Shown one piece after another: positions 1 through 12,536 of a stretch of DNA of 64,000 bases. The stretch is taken from positions 56,916,001 through 56,980,000 of the forward strand of contig NC_043008.1 in the NCBI RefSeq assembly GCF_006345805.1, in the 5' to 3' direction. This DNA is from Octopus sinensis (lineage: Eukaryota). Both the position numbers and the translations under genes were made by a program. Below the pieces are notes generated by a model, which did no database searches, was not told the DNA's origin, and was given only the letters and a program-made list of their open reading frames with translations. Position 1 is the first letter of the stretch, and each line of letters opens with the position of its first letter.

Positions 1-2049
1 ATAAAATAAATAAACTTTCTACTGAGCTTCACGCTTGTGATTTAAAATGGACATAATTCTGATATTAGCTTCTCAACATTACATTTTAATCAGATTTATT
101 TAGAATATAATCGATTACTTTTTAACAGAAATGTATTGATTTCTTTTAGCAAGCACCGGTTTGTATCATTGTTTAGGTATCTAATTATTTATTTACTTTT
201 TAGATTATTTCTTAAAAACTTATGAAGTTCATTTAGTGAAATTGCAGACAGTATCTTACCAATATTTCATTGTGTGTATGATAAAATGAGAATAAATTTA
301 AACTCGCTTTAATTTTGCCTCAGAATAGCGAGACTGAGATTTTGTTATATTAAATCACTAAAAGGAAGCTAGGTGATTATTTTATCAGATCACCTGCAGG
401 TAAAGAATCATGATTTCTTAAACCATTAACTCTAAACAGTATGCTTAACACTCAATTTAACTAATAACCCAAAATATCAAAAATTTCAATATCTAAATCC
501 ATTCACCAATTATAAATAGATGCTATCAGGTAGCTAATATTTATCGCTAGTAGCCACACAGGCGTTTAATTCACAAGTGTTCTATGTAGATTATAATATA
601 AAGACACTGCACGTTTTATGCGTAGGACATGCTGAGGGAAAAAACGAAGCTACTTCAGTGTAATCTTCATTAAACATTGTTGAAATGAGAATTTTCTCTT
701 AAGAATTTGTCCTCTAGATTATTCTTCATGGCCGAACTTTCGGCTCGATTTAGAAGATGGCTCACAACACATGCCTCAAAGATGGCAACCTTTGTGGATA
801 CTTAAATTATTTAGTTGCTAGCTGTTTTAAAGCTTGATATACCTACTTCAGATTAGTAACTCACTTTTAAGGGAAACCTTAATCATGGCAACATGGAAAA
901 CAAGAAAAACAAGGCACTGAGTCAGTGACCTTCGTGTGTGGCGTGTCATTGTTGGAACAAATTGGCTGGTAGCTTTCACCTTCATCTATGGTCAAATATT
1001 CGGTTTTCTGTGCAGAGTGAAACACGCTAACATTGACTACAACATTCTATACCCTTATATATCATTCATGAACTTCTAAGAAATTCCAAGATTGCTTTGA
1101 TAATAGTTACAGCATGCAGGCTTCTCTAGAAGGCTCAAAATATCTTGTGGAATCAACAAAAGACCAAATCAGAGATTTATGAAAATATTCTACTCATCAC
1201 TACTATTATTGTAGAACACTGAATAGGTTTTAATGACTAGTGCTATCACTGTGAACGCCGTGCCTTATTAGACGGGATATTTCGAAAACTTCCACACCAC
1301 AACAGAGGAAGGAGGCCACTCAACAACATTTATGTCATTGCAGGAACACACAGGATGATATTGATGATTTCCGGTTGCGCGAAGAAGTTTATTCTATTTT
1401 CCACATCAATACATCGCTAAGTAGAATGAAGTCGATGATTCACTGATTAGGTCTAATAAAACTGTGCATCAAAATCTTATGTTTTAGGTTGGAACATGGT
1501 CGTTATAACTGACGCTTCTACTTAACTTTTATTTATTGCCTCGAACACGAAATGATGATAGGTAAAAGTGGCGTCGGCTGGGTTTGGGCAAAGAACATAA
1601 AAGAACCAAAGACATATTATTAATGCTTCTACGTATCTTGTCGATCCACATCCTTTCATTTTTATTAATGTTAACTATAGCGATTCCTGACAGAGATGCA
1701 AGGTGACGAATTTGATAAAAGGATTTAAGTAATTAGATTATCTTCTATATATCGTTGAGATTTAACCAAGATGAAGAAGTGCAGTTTTCATGACCATTTT
1801 CAGTTTCATGGTCTGGTAAGGAAATACCAGAAGGAAAAAATTACAAAACGTGCTGCAGCTGTCAAATGCAGCACATCAGGTTATGAGAATATCGGTGTAT
1901 CTATCCCGACACGAGAAAGAAAAACGAGAATATTTTCATTAGACAAGACACTGCTAATAATATTCGAAGTTCAGCAAGTGATTATTTCTACTCCTCAAAA
2001 TCATGATAAAACGTACCGAATTATTACTATGTATTTACATACTTAAGCC

Positions 2050-2330
2050 CTTTGCTACCCATGGAGCATGAAACAAACGTTTCCTTCTAGAGGGTTACCT
2101 TCTAGATTCATACTGACTCATAAGGGCCAGTTTCCCGGTTTCCTTGGCGTATATATTCTCCAACTGGACGGATGCCGATCTGTCGCAGGATTACTCATTT
2201 TTGCCAACTGAGTGCACTGGAGCAACACAAAATGAAGGGTTTTTCCTCAAGGACAAAATTTGCCGCCTGATCCAGGGATCGAAATCACAATTCATGCAAA
2301 GTCAAAATAACCAATGTAATCGATAACAGC
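2050..2330 (-). mobile_element. Decayed tRNA-headed SINE, group B (head H2 + tail T2)
   Basis: Contains GGGCCAGTTTCCCGGTTTCCTTGGCGTATA and TTTTTGCCAACTGAGTGCACTGGAGCAAC, matching the copy at 45058-45292. Confidence 0.65.
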
Positions 2331-3239
2331 AATATATTATAATACAAATTGTGGATGGATTGTCACCATGACCTTTTGCAGTGGATTTGATACTAGTGAT
2401 AGAAACAGTGGAAGGAAACATAAAACTTGAGCCGGAATCTGAATGCAAACAATATACTGGATTTCCCTCAAGACAACCGATGTTTCAATTTTGGATGTTA
2501 AATCAAGCGGTGGATTAAGTCTCTCACCCAATGGGTCATACCGACATTTCAGCTCTGATCACAATGAACAGGAATAGTTATCGTATCATGTATTACATTT
2601 GACAGGTTAACCACTCCACCAATTTGATTTAGTAAATCCGTAAAACCAAATTCCTTCAAGGGACAGAACTAAATATTACAAAAAAAGCATGCTGTCTGCC
2701 GATATACCACCGCCGTAAAATTCATTCTACTGCCACTATATACCAACACCACAACCACCACTACCATAAAGATATGGTAAATATGATGTACCATAAACAT
2801 AACAGCAACAACGAATCCGTACAGGTCAAATGGTAGGAATTAACTGGATATATATGATTTCCCTGAAGAACAAAAATGACATCGATGGTAAAAGAACTGG
2901 TCGATTTCTATTATCATATATTGCAATTATCGATTACATAGGTTACTTTGACTTTGCATGAATGTCTGTTAAATCAGCAGGGAGTTAGCACGAAGTTTTA
3001 TTTAATAATATGGCATAAAGAAGCCAACTTTCAGATACTTGCTCTGTGTTAAATAATAGGTGAAATTTTTACTTCAGCTGGAATGAAATGGGCATCTTGT
3101 ATTTATCGGCAGGTTCTCCGAAAGATAGATTGAGGGGCTGTATATATTTAACAGCCGTTTAATCCCCAAGCAGATATTGCCGCGAACTGATGCTGCATTT
3201 CAGATAGATATACTTGCATATATGTATGCATGTATGTAT

Positions 3240-3260
3240 AATATATGTATATATATATAA

Positions 3261-3310
<50 letters not shown>

Positions 3311-3384
3311 TATGTATGTATATGTAATATATATATATATATAATATATATTATATATATATATAATATATATATGTATGTATG

Positions 3385-3474
<90 letters not shown>

Positions 3475-3476
3475 AT

Positions 3477-3521
<45 letters not shown>
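3240..3521. repeat. (TA)n/(TATG)n microsatellite, representative of dozens in the window
   Basis: Direct dinucleotide repetition. Confidence 0.98.
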
Positions 3522-3554
3522 CTTTATTTTAAGCAGCAGAAAATTCAACAAAAT

Positions 3555-3592
3555 CTGTTACTCTGAGTTTCTCGTTGCCGTTCATCAGACAG
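3555..3592 (-). ncRNA. Mirror copy of the hammerhead motif on the minus strand
   Basis: Exact reverse complement of 3609-3646 within the palindrome. Confidence 0.7.
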
Positions 3593-3608
3593 TTTTTTCT
3601 AGCAAAAA

Positions 3609-3646
3609 CTGTCTGATGAACGGCAACGAGAAACTCAGAGTAACAG
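3609..3646 (+). ncRNA. Minimal type I hammerhead ribozyme motif
   Basis: Stem I CTGT/ACAG; core CTGATGA (3613-3619); stem II CG-GCAA-CG; GAAA (3630-3633); stem III CTC-A-GAG; GUA cleavage triplet. Confidence 0.7.
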
Positions 3647-4569
3647 ATTTTGTTGAATTTTCTGCTGCTGCTTAAAAAAAGCATATTACTCTACCACTGG
3701 TATTTGAGTACTCTTTTTTCCACCTTGTTTCACATTTATGTGTTTACTCCGGTATATATATATATATATGTATGTATATGTATGTATATATATATTATAT
3801 TTATATATATAAATAAATAAAGATATGATAATATATATATATATATATATATACAGAGAGGGAGAGAGAGAGAGAAGCGGAAACGTAGCGTAAGTGAGTG
3901 GTGAGAATAAATGTTTTTATGCACATAAAGGCAAGGATTGTTAGTTGGATGAAAGGCTCAATGCAAATGTGGAACGAAACATTTATTATAATGATACTAT
4001 TGAGAGAAACCACGACGTTTTAACGCATCTCTCGAATAACTCACCTTACGTAAGCTTAAACGTACAGTCATGCATATGTATAAGTATATATAAAAATGCA
4101 TTTGTATTCGTATTTGCATATATGTGTGTGCGTGAATGTGTGTGTTCGCATTTCCATGACGAGCACACATGACAACGAATAATACACACACACAAACAAA
4201 AACATACACACACACACATATTTATATATACATACACACACATACATGCACTCACATTTAAAACTATACTATAATATATGCATACTTATCTAATATAGTA
4301 TGCTTTGCATGATATTGATAAATATTAATGCCAACATGATGCGAGTTAAAAGAAATATTAGTCGACGGTTTACACTTTTACTGGGCGTTTCTATATTTCC
4401 TGTTTAGCACATCTTCTTCAAGAAATCTTTGGAGATATGATTTTATGTGCTGACTTCTCGGTTCTATATTGCGTGTACATATTCCCAATTCAAGAGCTTC
4501 TTATCACGAAATATTGAAATACATGGTAAAATTACAATACATCTACTCCTATCTTTTCATAACTCACTT

Positions 4570-4614
4570 TTCTTCGTCTTTAAAAATATTAAAATCTTTG
4601 GCATACATATTGTA

Positions 4615-4662
<48 letters not shown>

Positions 4663-4674
4663 ATATATATAATA

Positions 4675-4713
<39 letters not shown>

Positions 4714-4746
4714 GCATGCCAATGATTTTAATATTTTAAAGCCGAA

Positions 4747-4749
<3 letters not shown>
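4570..4749. repeat. ~41-bp inverted repeat flanking a (TA)n tract
   Basis: TTCTTCGTCTTTAAAAATATTAAAATCTTTGGCATACATATT versus AATATGCATGCCAATGATTTTAATATTTTAAAGCCGAAGAA. Confidence 0.85.
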
Positions 4750-4788
<39 letters not shown>

Positions 4789-4792
4789 TTTT

Positions 4793-4834
<42 letters not shown>

Positions 4835-5305
4835 TTTTATACATATATATATATATGTATGTACGTACGTAAGGATAAGTTCTAGGGATCGAATTGGATG
4901 AAGATTATAAGCTGTGTACAGTCAGGATCAATAACAATTTATTGGCGTCAAGGGTTACAGTTTTTCCCATATTGAAGTTGCGAGGAAATTCAATGAGCAG
5001 AAAGTTTGTGTATAGGTCAGGTTTCGCGACCAGAGTTGCTATGAACGTGAATAAAATCCAAATTCAGGGAATGAGGCGTGTAAAACCCAGGTTACATATG
5101 TTTCTTTGCTAGACAATCAACCTAGCTACTCAACTTATATCTTCGATGATTTACCTTGAGAATTCCAAGCAATAATATAATCTTCATGTATTTAAGAAAA
5201 TCATGACCTGATGGTTAGCTAAGTTGAGGACCCCTCGTTGAGTAATTATCACATCAGAGGATCAGCTTGCTCGGAAACATATAGCCTGGATTTTACCTGT
5301 TACAC

Positions 5306-5375
<70 letters not shown>

Positions 5376-5729
5376 CAATTTAGGAATGGCCTTCACAGGC
5401 CATTCGTCCACTAGACAGAGCAGCCATAACTCCAACCGCCAAGTAATGTAATTCGGAAATAGGTGAAAAATTAAAAACGTTTACCCTAATTCATCTTTTA
5501 GACGATGTATCGTTTCTGCGTTTTTAATGACAGACCAGCTTAATTAAATTAAATTAAGCTAATCTACCATAGGTCCTAAATTGTTATATATTTACATTTT
5601 AGTCTCATGACTATTTTTCTTTTCCACTGGGCCGCTGGTAGTGATAAATTTCTATCGAATTTTTTACTATCCTAAATTAATTAATTGATTATATATATAT
5701 ATATACATGTATATAAGTTAGTGAAGAAT

Positions 5730-5981
5730 CATCATGTAGCAATTCAACAATGATATACTTAAATTATACCATATAGTAAAAATTTAACGATACGATGACA
5801 CATTTACCTAGAACTAAATAATGTATGATATGATAAATAAATAGAAGTCTATTTACTAATTACATACTATTTATTTATCATTTCTTAGTTTATTTAGTTC
5901 TAGGTAAATGTTTTATCGTATCTTTATTTTTTTTCTATATTATATAATTTAAGTATATCATAGTTGAATTGCTTCATGGTG
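5730..5981. repeat. Diverged fold-back (~250 bp)
   Basis: GCAATTCAAC..ATGATATACTTAAATTATA and CATTTACCTAGAACTAAATAA have reverse complements downstream; centre ~5855. Confidence 0.8.
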
Positions 5982-6058
5982 GTTCCTCTCTAATTTATTC
6001 ACGTGTATTATATATATTATATTATAATTTTTCCCTGTAAGTTTGGAATCATATTTCC

Positions 6059-6059
<1 letters not shown>

Positions 6060-6124
<65 letters not shown>
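6060..6124. repeat. (ATT)n microsatellite
   Basis: Direct trinucleotide repetition. Confidence 0.97.
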
Positions 6125-6126
<2 letters not shown>

Positions 6127-6266
6127 TTTATTATATTACATATATATCCTCATTTGGGATTATATAATCCAAGGTATCCAACTGGTTCAATCTGTACTAT
6201 ATCATGTGAAAGTCATTGATATGTTTTCAGGATTATTAAAATTATCAATAAAATTTAATGCCATAT

Positions 6267-6494
6267 AAGGGCGGTGAGCTGGAAGAATCGTTAGCACGCC
6301 GGGTGAAATGCTTAGCGGCATTTCGTCTGCCATTATATTCTGAGCTTAAAATCCGCCGAGGTCGACTTTTATCCTTTCGGGGTCGATGAAATAAGTACCA
6401 GTTACGCACTTGGCTCGATTTAATCGACTTAATCCCTTTGTCTGTCCTTGTCTGTTCCCCCTATGTTAAGGCCCATGTGGGCAATAAAGAAATA
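6267..6494 (+). mobile_element. SINE group A monomer (tail A1)
   Basis: GGCGGTGAGCTGG head, B-box-like segment, GTCGACTTT..ATCCTTTCGGGGTCGAT body, AATAAAGAAATA end; more than 10 related copies in the window. Confidence 0.9.
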
Positions 6495-6854
6495 TATATT
6501 TCATGTCATATATGTATCTCTCACTGAACCATGGAGAATAGTTCATAGATTTTATGTAGAGTCTATTTTATTTCACTCTCTTTTATTTAATTTATTATAT
6601 TTTGTTTTATACTACTTTTTATTTCACGTTTTAATGTTTAACTGTCATTTATATTTTATTTTATCTTTAGTTTGATTTCAATTTTTATGTGTACCTTATT
6701 TATCTATTTTCAAATTATAGTATATAGTATACTCACAAATATATAAAACCGATCAGTCAAATAAATTTTCATTACATAGCTTTTAACTTTTAACCCTCTA
6801 TTACTACGTACTTCCTTTAAAAGATAACATGATTACTTAAATAACATGAGGTCT

Positions 6855-6979
6855 ATATGAACACTGACGAAGCCCTACCAGCATATAATTGGAACGTGGT
6901 AACTTTCTTAGCATAAAAATATGCTGTGAAATTCTCATCAACTCGATGAGAGGACTGAAACATATATGTAGGTTCATGT
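6855..6979 (+). ncRNA. Type I hammerhead ribozyme motif with long branched stem II
   Basis: Stem I ATGAAC/GTTCAT; CTGACGA (6864-6870); stem II AGCCCT/AGGACT enclosing CAGCATAT/ATATGCTG and CTCATC/GATGAG; GAAA (6957-6960); palindromic stem III CATATATG; GUA triplet. Confidence 0.65.
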
Positions 6980-7136
6980 TACTTTTTATCTCAATTTATT
7001 TTTCTTTGAACTTTCAACTTCTAATCAAATTTGTACTGTTACTTTTTAAAATGTTATATTCTTTGTAACGAACAAATAAATTAGTAATTACAATCCTTTT
7101 ATTCTCCATTTTCTCTTCTTGTTTTTCCCCCCAACA

Positions 7137-7251
<115 letters not shown>

Positions 7252-7437
7252 ATATACTACTCCGTGCATGTATAATATTTTCAGTCAAAATTATTTGACA
7301 ATTTCATCTGAAGTAGCTGGAAATACGATAGTTTGCCCCCCCAAAAAAAAACGGCTATTGCATGCAAAATTGAATATGGAAAAGGTGCATTTGGCCACAT
7401 TTGGACATACGACAGTTTAACATATACCAACGATATG

Positions 7438-7497
<60 letters not shown>

Positions 7498-7536
7498 TCT
7501 TCCATTAATATCCTTTAAGAAGCTACTGCGTGAATA

Positions 7537-7579
<43 letters not shown>

Positions 7580-8363
7580 TGCGGGCTTCTTTTGTTTTCC
7601 GCACGAGAATTTACTCAGACCGCGCCTATACGAGAGAACAATACATATAATCATACACATACAAAAACGCATGTTCTTGTGTGATGATGTGCAACTTTCG
7701 CTATACAACAACGAGAACAACAAGAACAATATACCTAATGAATACCAGTTGCATTTTATTCTTGATCATCCTGTCAGTCAATTAGCCTATAAAAAGAAAT
7801 CTATCAAATTAATACTATTAAATGTAGTGACGATGGAAATAATTCGCAGATGTTATTGATTATTTTATGTCGGATGATATTCTCAACACTTTAGCGCCAT
7901 TCTTGGATTAAATTGATTAACATTAAATATTGGATTAAAATTTTAAGGCGCACTAATAGGCGAATATTTCTCCATTTCGTTAATTGTCTGAAACGCGGTG
8001 ACAAAAGAAATGCATTGCACGAAAAAATGCACAAACACACACAGACACACACACACACACACACACACAAAAGCACACAAGCCCTATCTCTTATCTTACT
8101 CTTCTTCCGGCTATGCTGGGCAGCACCTTGAGGAATCTGAGTCGAATGAATCGATGCTAGTATTTATGTTCTTTTTCAGCTCGGTATCAGTCCATTTTGT
8201 CCAACAGCTAAGTCAGGCGGACGCAATCACACCAGCGGTTGGCAAACGTTGATAGAAGATGAACACAGGCACAAAGACACATGCATACATATATGTATGT
8301 GTACACACACACATACATACATACATACATACATACATACATACATACATACATACATACACA

Positions 8364-8394
<31 letters not shown>

Positions 8395-8585
8395 CACACA
8401 CACATACACCCACACTCACCACACACACTCACACACACACACAACCCACCACACCCACACCACCACACACACACACACACACCACACACACCATATATAT
8501 ATATATATTATATAATATATATAATAACATGAACTTATCAATTTGAGGTGCAAGCTTTCTGATATGAAATTGGGCGTTGAAACCG

Positions 8586-9025
8586 ATATTGTTGTATTTC
8601 AGAATGGTCATTTTGGGGGGCCAAGTAGACACACGCACTATATATTTTCTCTTCACTCGTTTATTACTATTCTTATTTTATCATTTTATCTCAGGTCCAT
8701 TGTCCGGAGAACTTTCGTCACACACGTGTGACCTTTTCAGCGAGAGTTTTCGATTTCGTTTGAGGTCTTCTTCCACATACTCCGTTCTGTTCTTCTAAGG
8801 TGTGTCGTACGTTAGAGGAATACAATGGAGTAAGTGGAGCAAGGGTACACACGAAAATGAAAAGTGTTAATGAAGAGGTCACAGATGTGTGAGGAAAGAT
8901 TTCCAGACAATGGACATGAGTTAAAATGATAAAATAAGAACAGTAATGAACGAGTGAATAAAAAATATATTGTGCGTGTGTCCTCTTGCCAAAAAACAAA
9001 TGATCATCACGAAACAATACAATAT
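8586..9025. mobile_element. Fold-back element: ~155-bp diverged arms, ~130-bp spacer, decayed hammerhead-like cores at the inner ends
   Basis: 8586-8741 is roughly 80% identical (by eye) to the reverse complement of 8870-9025. Confidence 0.75.
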
Positions 9026-9199
9026 AGCTATATCTATTTCTATCGATCTACCTATTTCTCTCTCTTTCTCTCTCCCTCTCCCTCTATATATATTTCTCTC
9101 TCTGTATATGTATATATATATATATATATAAGATATCATGTTGATTCGTTAGCTACTGCACGCATTTTTTTTCTCTCCTTCTTTCTGTGTTTTTCTCTC

Positions 9200-9335
9200 T
9201 CTGTGTATCTTTCTGTTGAAGAGCGTAGGCTCGAAACGTTAAAGACTTGTTTTATTTATATTTCCTGAGCGCCATACTAATACAATTGTTCGTTTGTTTT
9301 CCACCTGCCTTCGTCTTTTGTTTATTTTCATAAAG
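9200..9335 (+). mobile_element. Penelope-like terminal fragment with variant hammerhead core (CTGTTGA..GAAAC)
   Basis: TCTTT-CTGTTGA-A-GAGC GTAG GCTC-GAAA-CGTT-AAAGA, then a pyrimidine-rich tail into (TA)n; related copies at ~23235 and ~61060. Confidence 0.55.
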
Positions 9336-9342
9336 CTTCCCG

Positions 9343-9419
<77 letters not shown>

Positions 9420-9423
<4 letters not shown>

Positions 9424-9575
9424 GCGCTTCTTGCAGTTCCCGTTTATGAAATCCACTCAAAAGAACTTGGTCGACTCGAGGTTGTAGCAGAAAATACTTG
9501 CCCAAATTGTAACGCGGTGAGGCTGAACCCGAGACGATGTGGTTAGGAAGCAGATTTCTTACCCACGAATATGCG
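9420..9575 (-). mobile_element. SINE group C 5' portion, decayed
   Basis: Similar to 20290-20460 (AAATCCACTCA...ACTTGCC...TGAACCCG...ATGTGGTT). Confidence 0.7.
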
Positions 9576-10075
9576 ATATATAAAATAATGAACAGGTGAA
9601 GAGGTATGTCTAAATTCATGCGAACTCTGCATGGCTGAATGCATGGCTGAATTCAGAATACTTGCATTGGTTTTGTACAACGTAGTGCACGAATACGTAC
9701 TGTAATGTAAAACTTCAAGTTGTTTGAAGCTCACAGAATTTTCACGTGAGTTATAATTTTCAATAAATCGATGGCGATAGATATTCAAATAACGAGGTGG
9801 GTGAATGGATGAGTGTGTGTGTGTGTATGTGAGTGTGTATCATGAGACATGTACATAGATAAATAGATATGCACATATATACATATATATATACATATGT
9901 ATATATACGCATATATATGAAACTGAAAGAAGTACGTCATATATATAAATATATATATATATGTATATACATATACATATGTATATATGTATATATATAC
10001 ATATGTATATGTGTACATATATATATATATACATATATATATACATAAACATATATATATACATATATACAATCC

Positions 10076-10129
<54 letters not shown>

Positions 10130-10429
10130 AATATATACATACATACGTGTGTGTGTGTGCGTAACTGCAATGTATTATATAATATATTAAAATATGAATA
10201 ATGTTAAGCAAGCTATTTTTTTCGAAAATCTGTCAACATAACGTATCTGCGTGTTTCCTATGGAATGTTGATCGACTTCTCTGCGGCGAAAGCCTTGAGC
10301 TGAGTCAGGTTGGTCCGTTTCCTAGCCATCACTCTGGACTACAAGTTTTCGATCGGAGACAGGTCAGGAATCTGATTTGACCATACAAGGACGTTGACAT
10401 CATTGTTCTTGAGTCATTTCTTCAATATC

Positions 10430-10817
10430 TTGACGCTATGTTTCGGATCAACTACATCTGCATTCAACCATCAGGAATTGGAGGAAGATATCCAACGCTT
10501 TTGTTATAAACTACGACTTGTGGAGTTTCTTACTGATAAAGATATGAACTGCAAAAGCAGAAATTTGATCTACTGTCTTAAATGCTCGAATTGCGAGGAA
10601 CTATGCATTGGCGAGACAATTATCGGAATCTCACGTGTTCACAGACAGTAAATCCGGAACGCTAACGTTTGCCAAATTCCATTGAGCGAGCATATAGAAA
10701 CATGTGGTCAAAAAATGTTTCTAATTTTTCCTTTCCAAAAAATACATGAGAAAAGTGAAGTTGGAAGAAAGATAAAAACAACGGTTTATTAAAATGTTCA
10801 AATCTGTTCTGAACTGA
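10430..10817 (+). pseudogene. Penelope-like element remnant: N-terminal segment joined to a GIY-YIG endonuclease
   Basis: MNCKSRNLIYCLKCSNCEELCIGET...VHRQ*IRN...PLSEHIETCG...FLIFPF...RFIKMFKSVLN has PLE-type GIY-YIG motifs with a CxxC insert. It is preceded by ELEEDIQRFCYKLRLVEF and carries a stop and a frameshift. Confidence 0.85.
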
Positions 10818-11381
10818 AAAAACAACAACAATAATATAACAACCAGTTAATGATGCGAATTAAATAATATATTTAAAATATGAATACAAACAAATTACAG
10901 AAGACTCCCACCGATGGAAATGAAAACGATGGAAACCAACAAAGCTTGCCTACTCATAAAAGCCTTACGTGTAAACGGCAAGCTAATTGGTTAAGATAAA
11001 GGTGGGTTTTATGGCAGCAATATTGGTGCACCCGGTAAACTTGTGATGTTTAAGCTGCAAGCTGAGTGGTCGAAACTGTATTTGAAAAATTGGGCTTTTC
11101 GGAGACTTCTCAAAGGTATAAAAAGGGAGAAACAGGTCATTTTACTACAGTTGTCAAGTACTCAACTCAACTGTCAGTCAATAGATTTTGAAATCTGATG
11201 ATTACTACGAACGTATGAAGGCGCGAATTGAACTTTATGAACATTACTAACTAATTTTTTACGGTTAATACACTTCAACATTGTATACATTTATCTTTAC
11301 ATACAATATTAAAAAACGTGAAAACCGGACCATGCTGTAACTTTATTCAAGTGATATGTATATGTATGTACGTATGTATGT

Positions 11382-11426
<45 letters not shown>

Positions 11427-11775
11427 TATGTATATATGCTTGAATGCATACGTAGATGAGTACATATATAAGCACATATGTATATTAATACATAATTCTA
11501 TGAACACGTACATATGTTTACACTAAAAAGCAATAAATAAATATATAGATAGACATTCTCGCCAACAGGGAGAAATATCAAGAGACTTTGTTTCAATATG
11601 AAATATCAGGCTTCGAGCACCGTTGTGAACTTCTGATGTCAACACTGCTAAAAAAGATATTGCATAATGTAATCAGGAAGCATGCAACCGTATTATACTC
11701 TGCGAAAAACTACATTAACTCACTGAAATATTAAAAAAAACGCACATGAATTATATTAATATTCCAATTCATATC

Positions 11776-11816
<41 letters not shown>

Positions 11817-11836
11817 CACACACACGCACACCACAC

Positions 11837-11910
<74 letters not shown>

Positions 11911-12491
11911 TATATATATTATATATATTTCGTGAATATACATGTATATATACGTATATATGTATGCATATATACTATATATATATAGGTGTATATATAT
12001 ACATGCATATATATATATATATATGCATGTATATATACATGTATAAGATATGCATATATATATATATAAGTATATATATATATATGTATATGTATATATA
12101 TATATATGTATATAAATAGATATATATATATATACCTATATACACATATACATAGGTATATATATATATATCTATAGTATCTATATATATATATATATAT
12201 CTTATATATTATCATTTCTGAGTAAATACGTAACGAAATTCCTGGTAATAGCTGTCGAATAAAAAAAGAAAATGTTATTGCATTCATTTCACCATGAGGT
12301 ATATTCTGTTATATATTTAGATATTACACTATCAGATGTTCAACAATTACATAATATGTAAGTTACTTTTCAGGAAGTTTTTCCATTAAAAATGTTTTTG
12401 AATTCTGTCAGGATATATGAATGATTAAATGTAAAACAAAATGGAATCCTTTATCTGAAGTAAAGTAATAAAAAGATTGCATGTACGGCAT

Positions 12492-12536
<45 letters not shown>

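Larger units (their letters stand above)
3532..3752. mobile_element. Palindromic non-autonomous element (138-bp palindrome plus one-sided tail), probably a Penelope-like terminus
   Basis: 3532-3669 is self-complementary about 3600.5 with one T/C mismatch (3598/3603). The right arm continues as a tail to ~3752. (TA)n on both sides. Confidence 0.75.
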
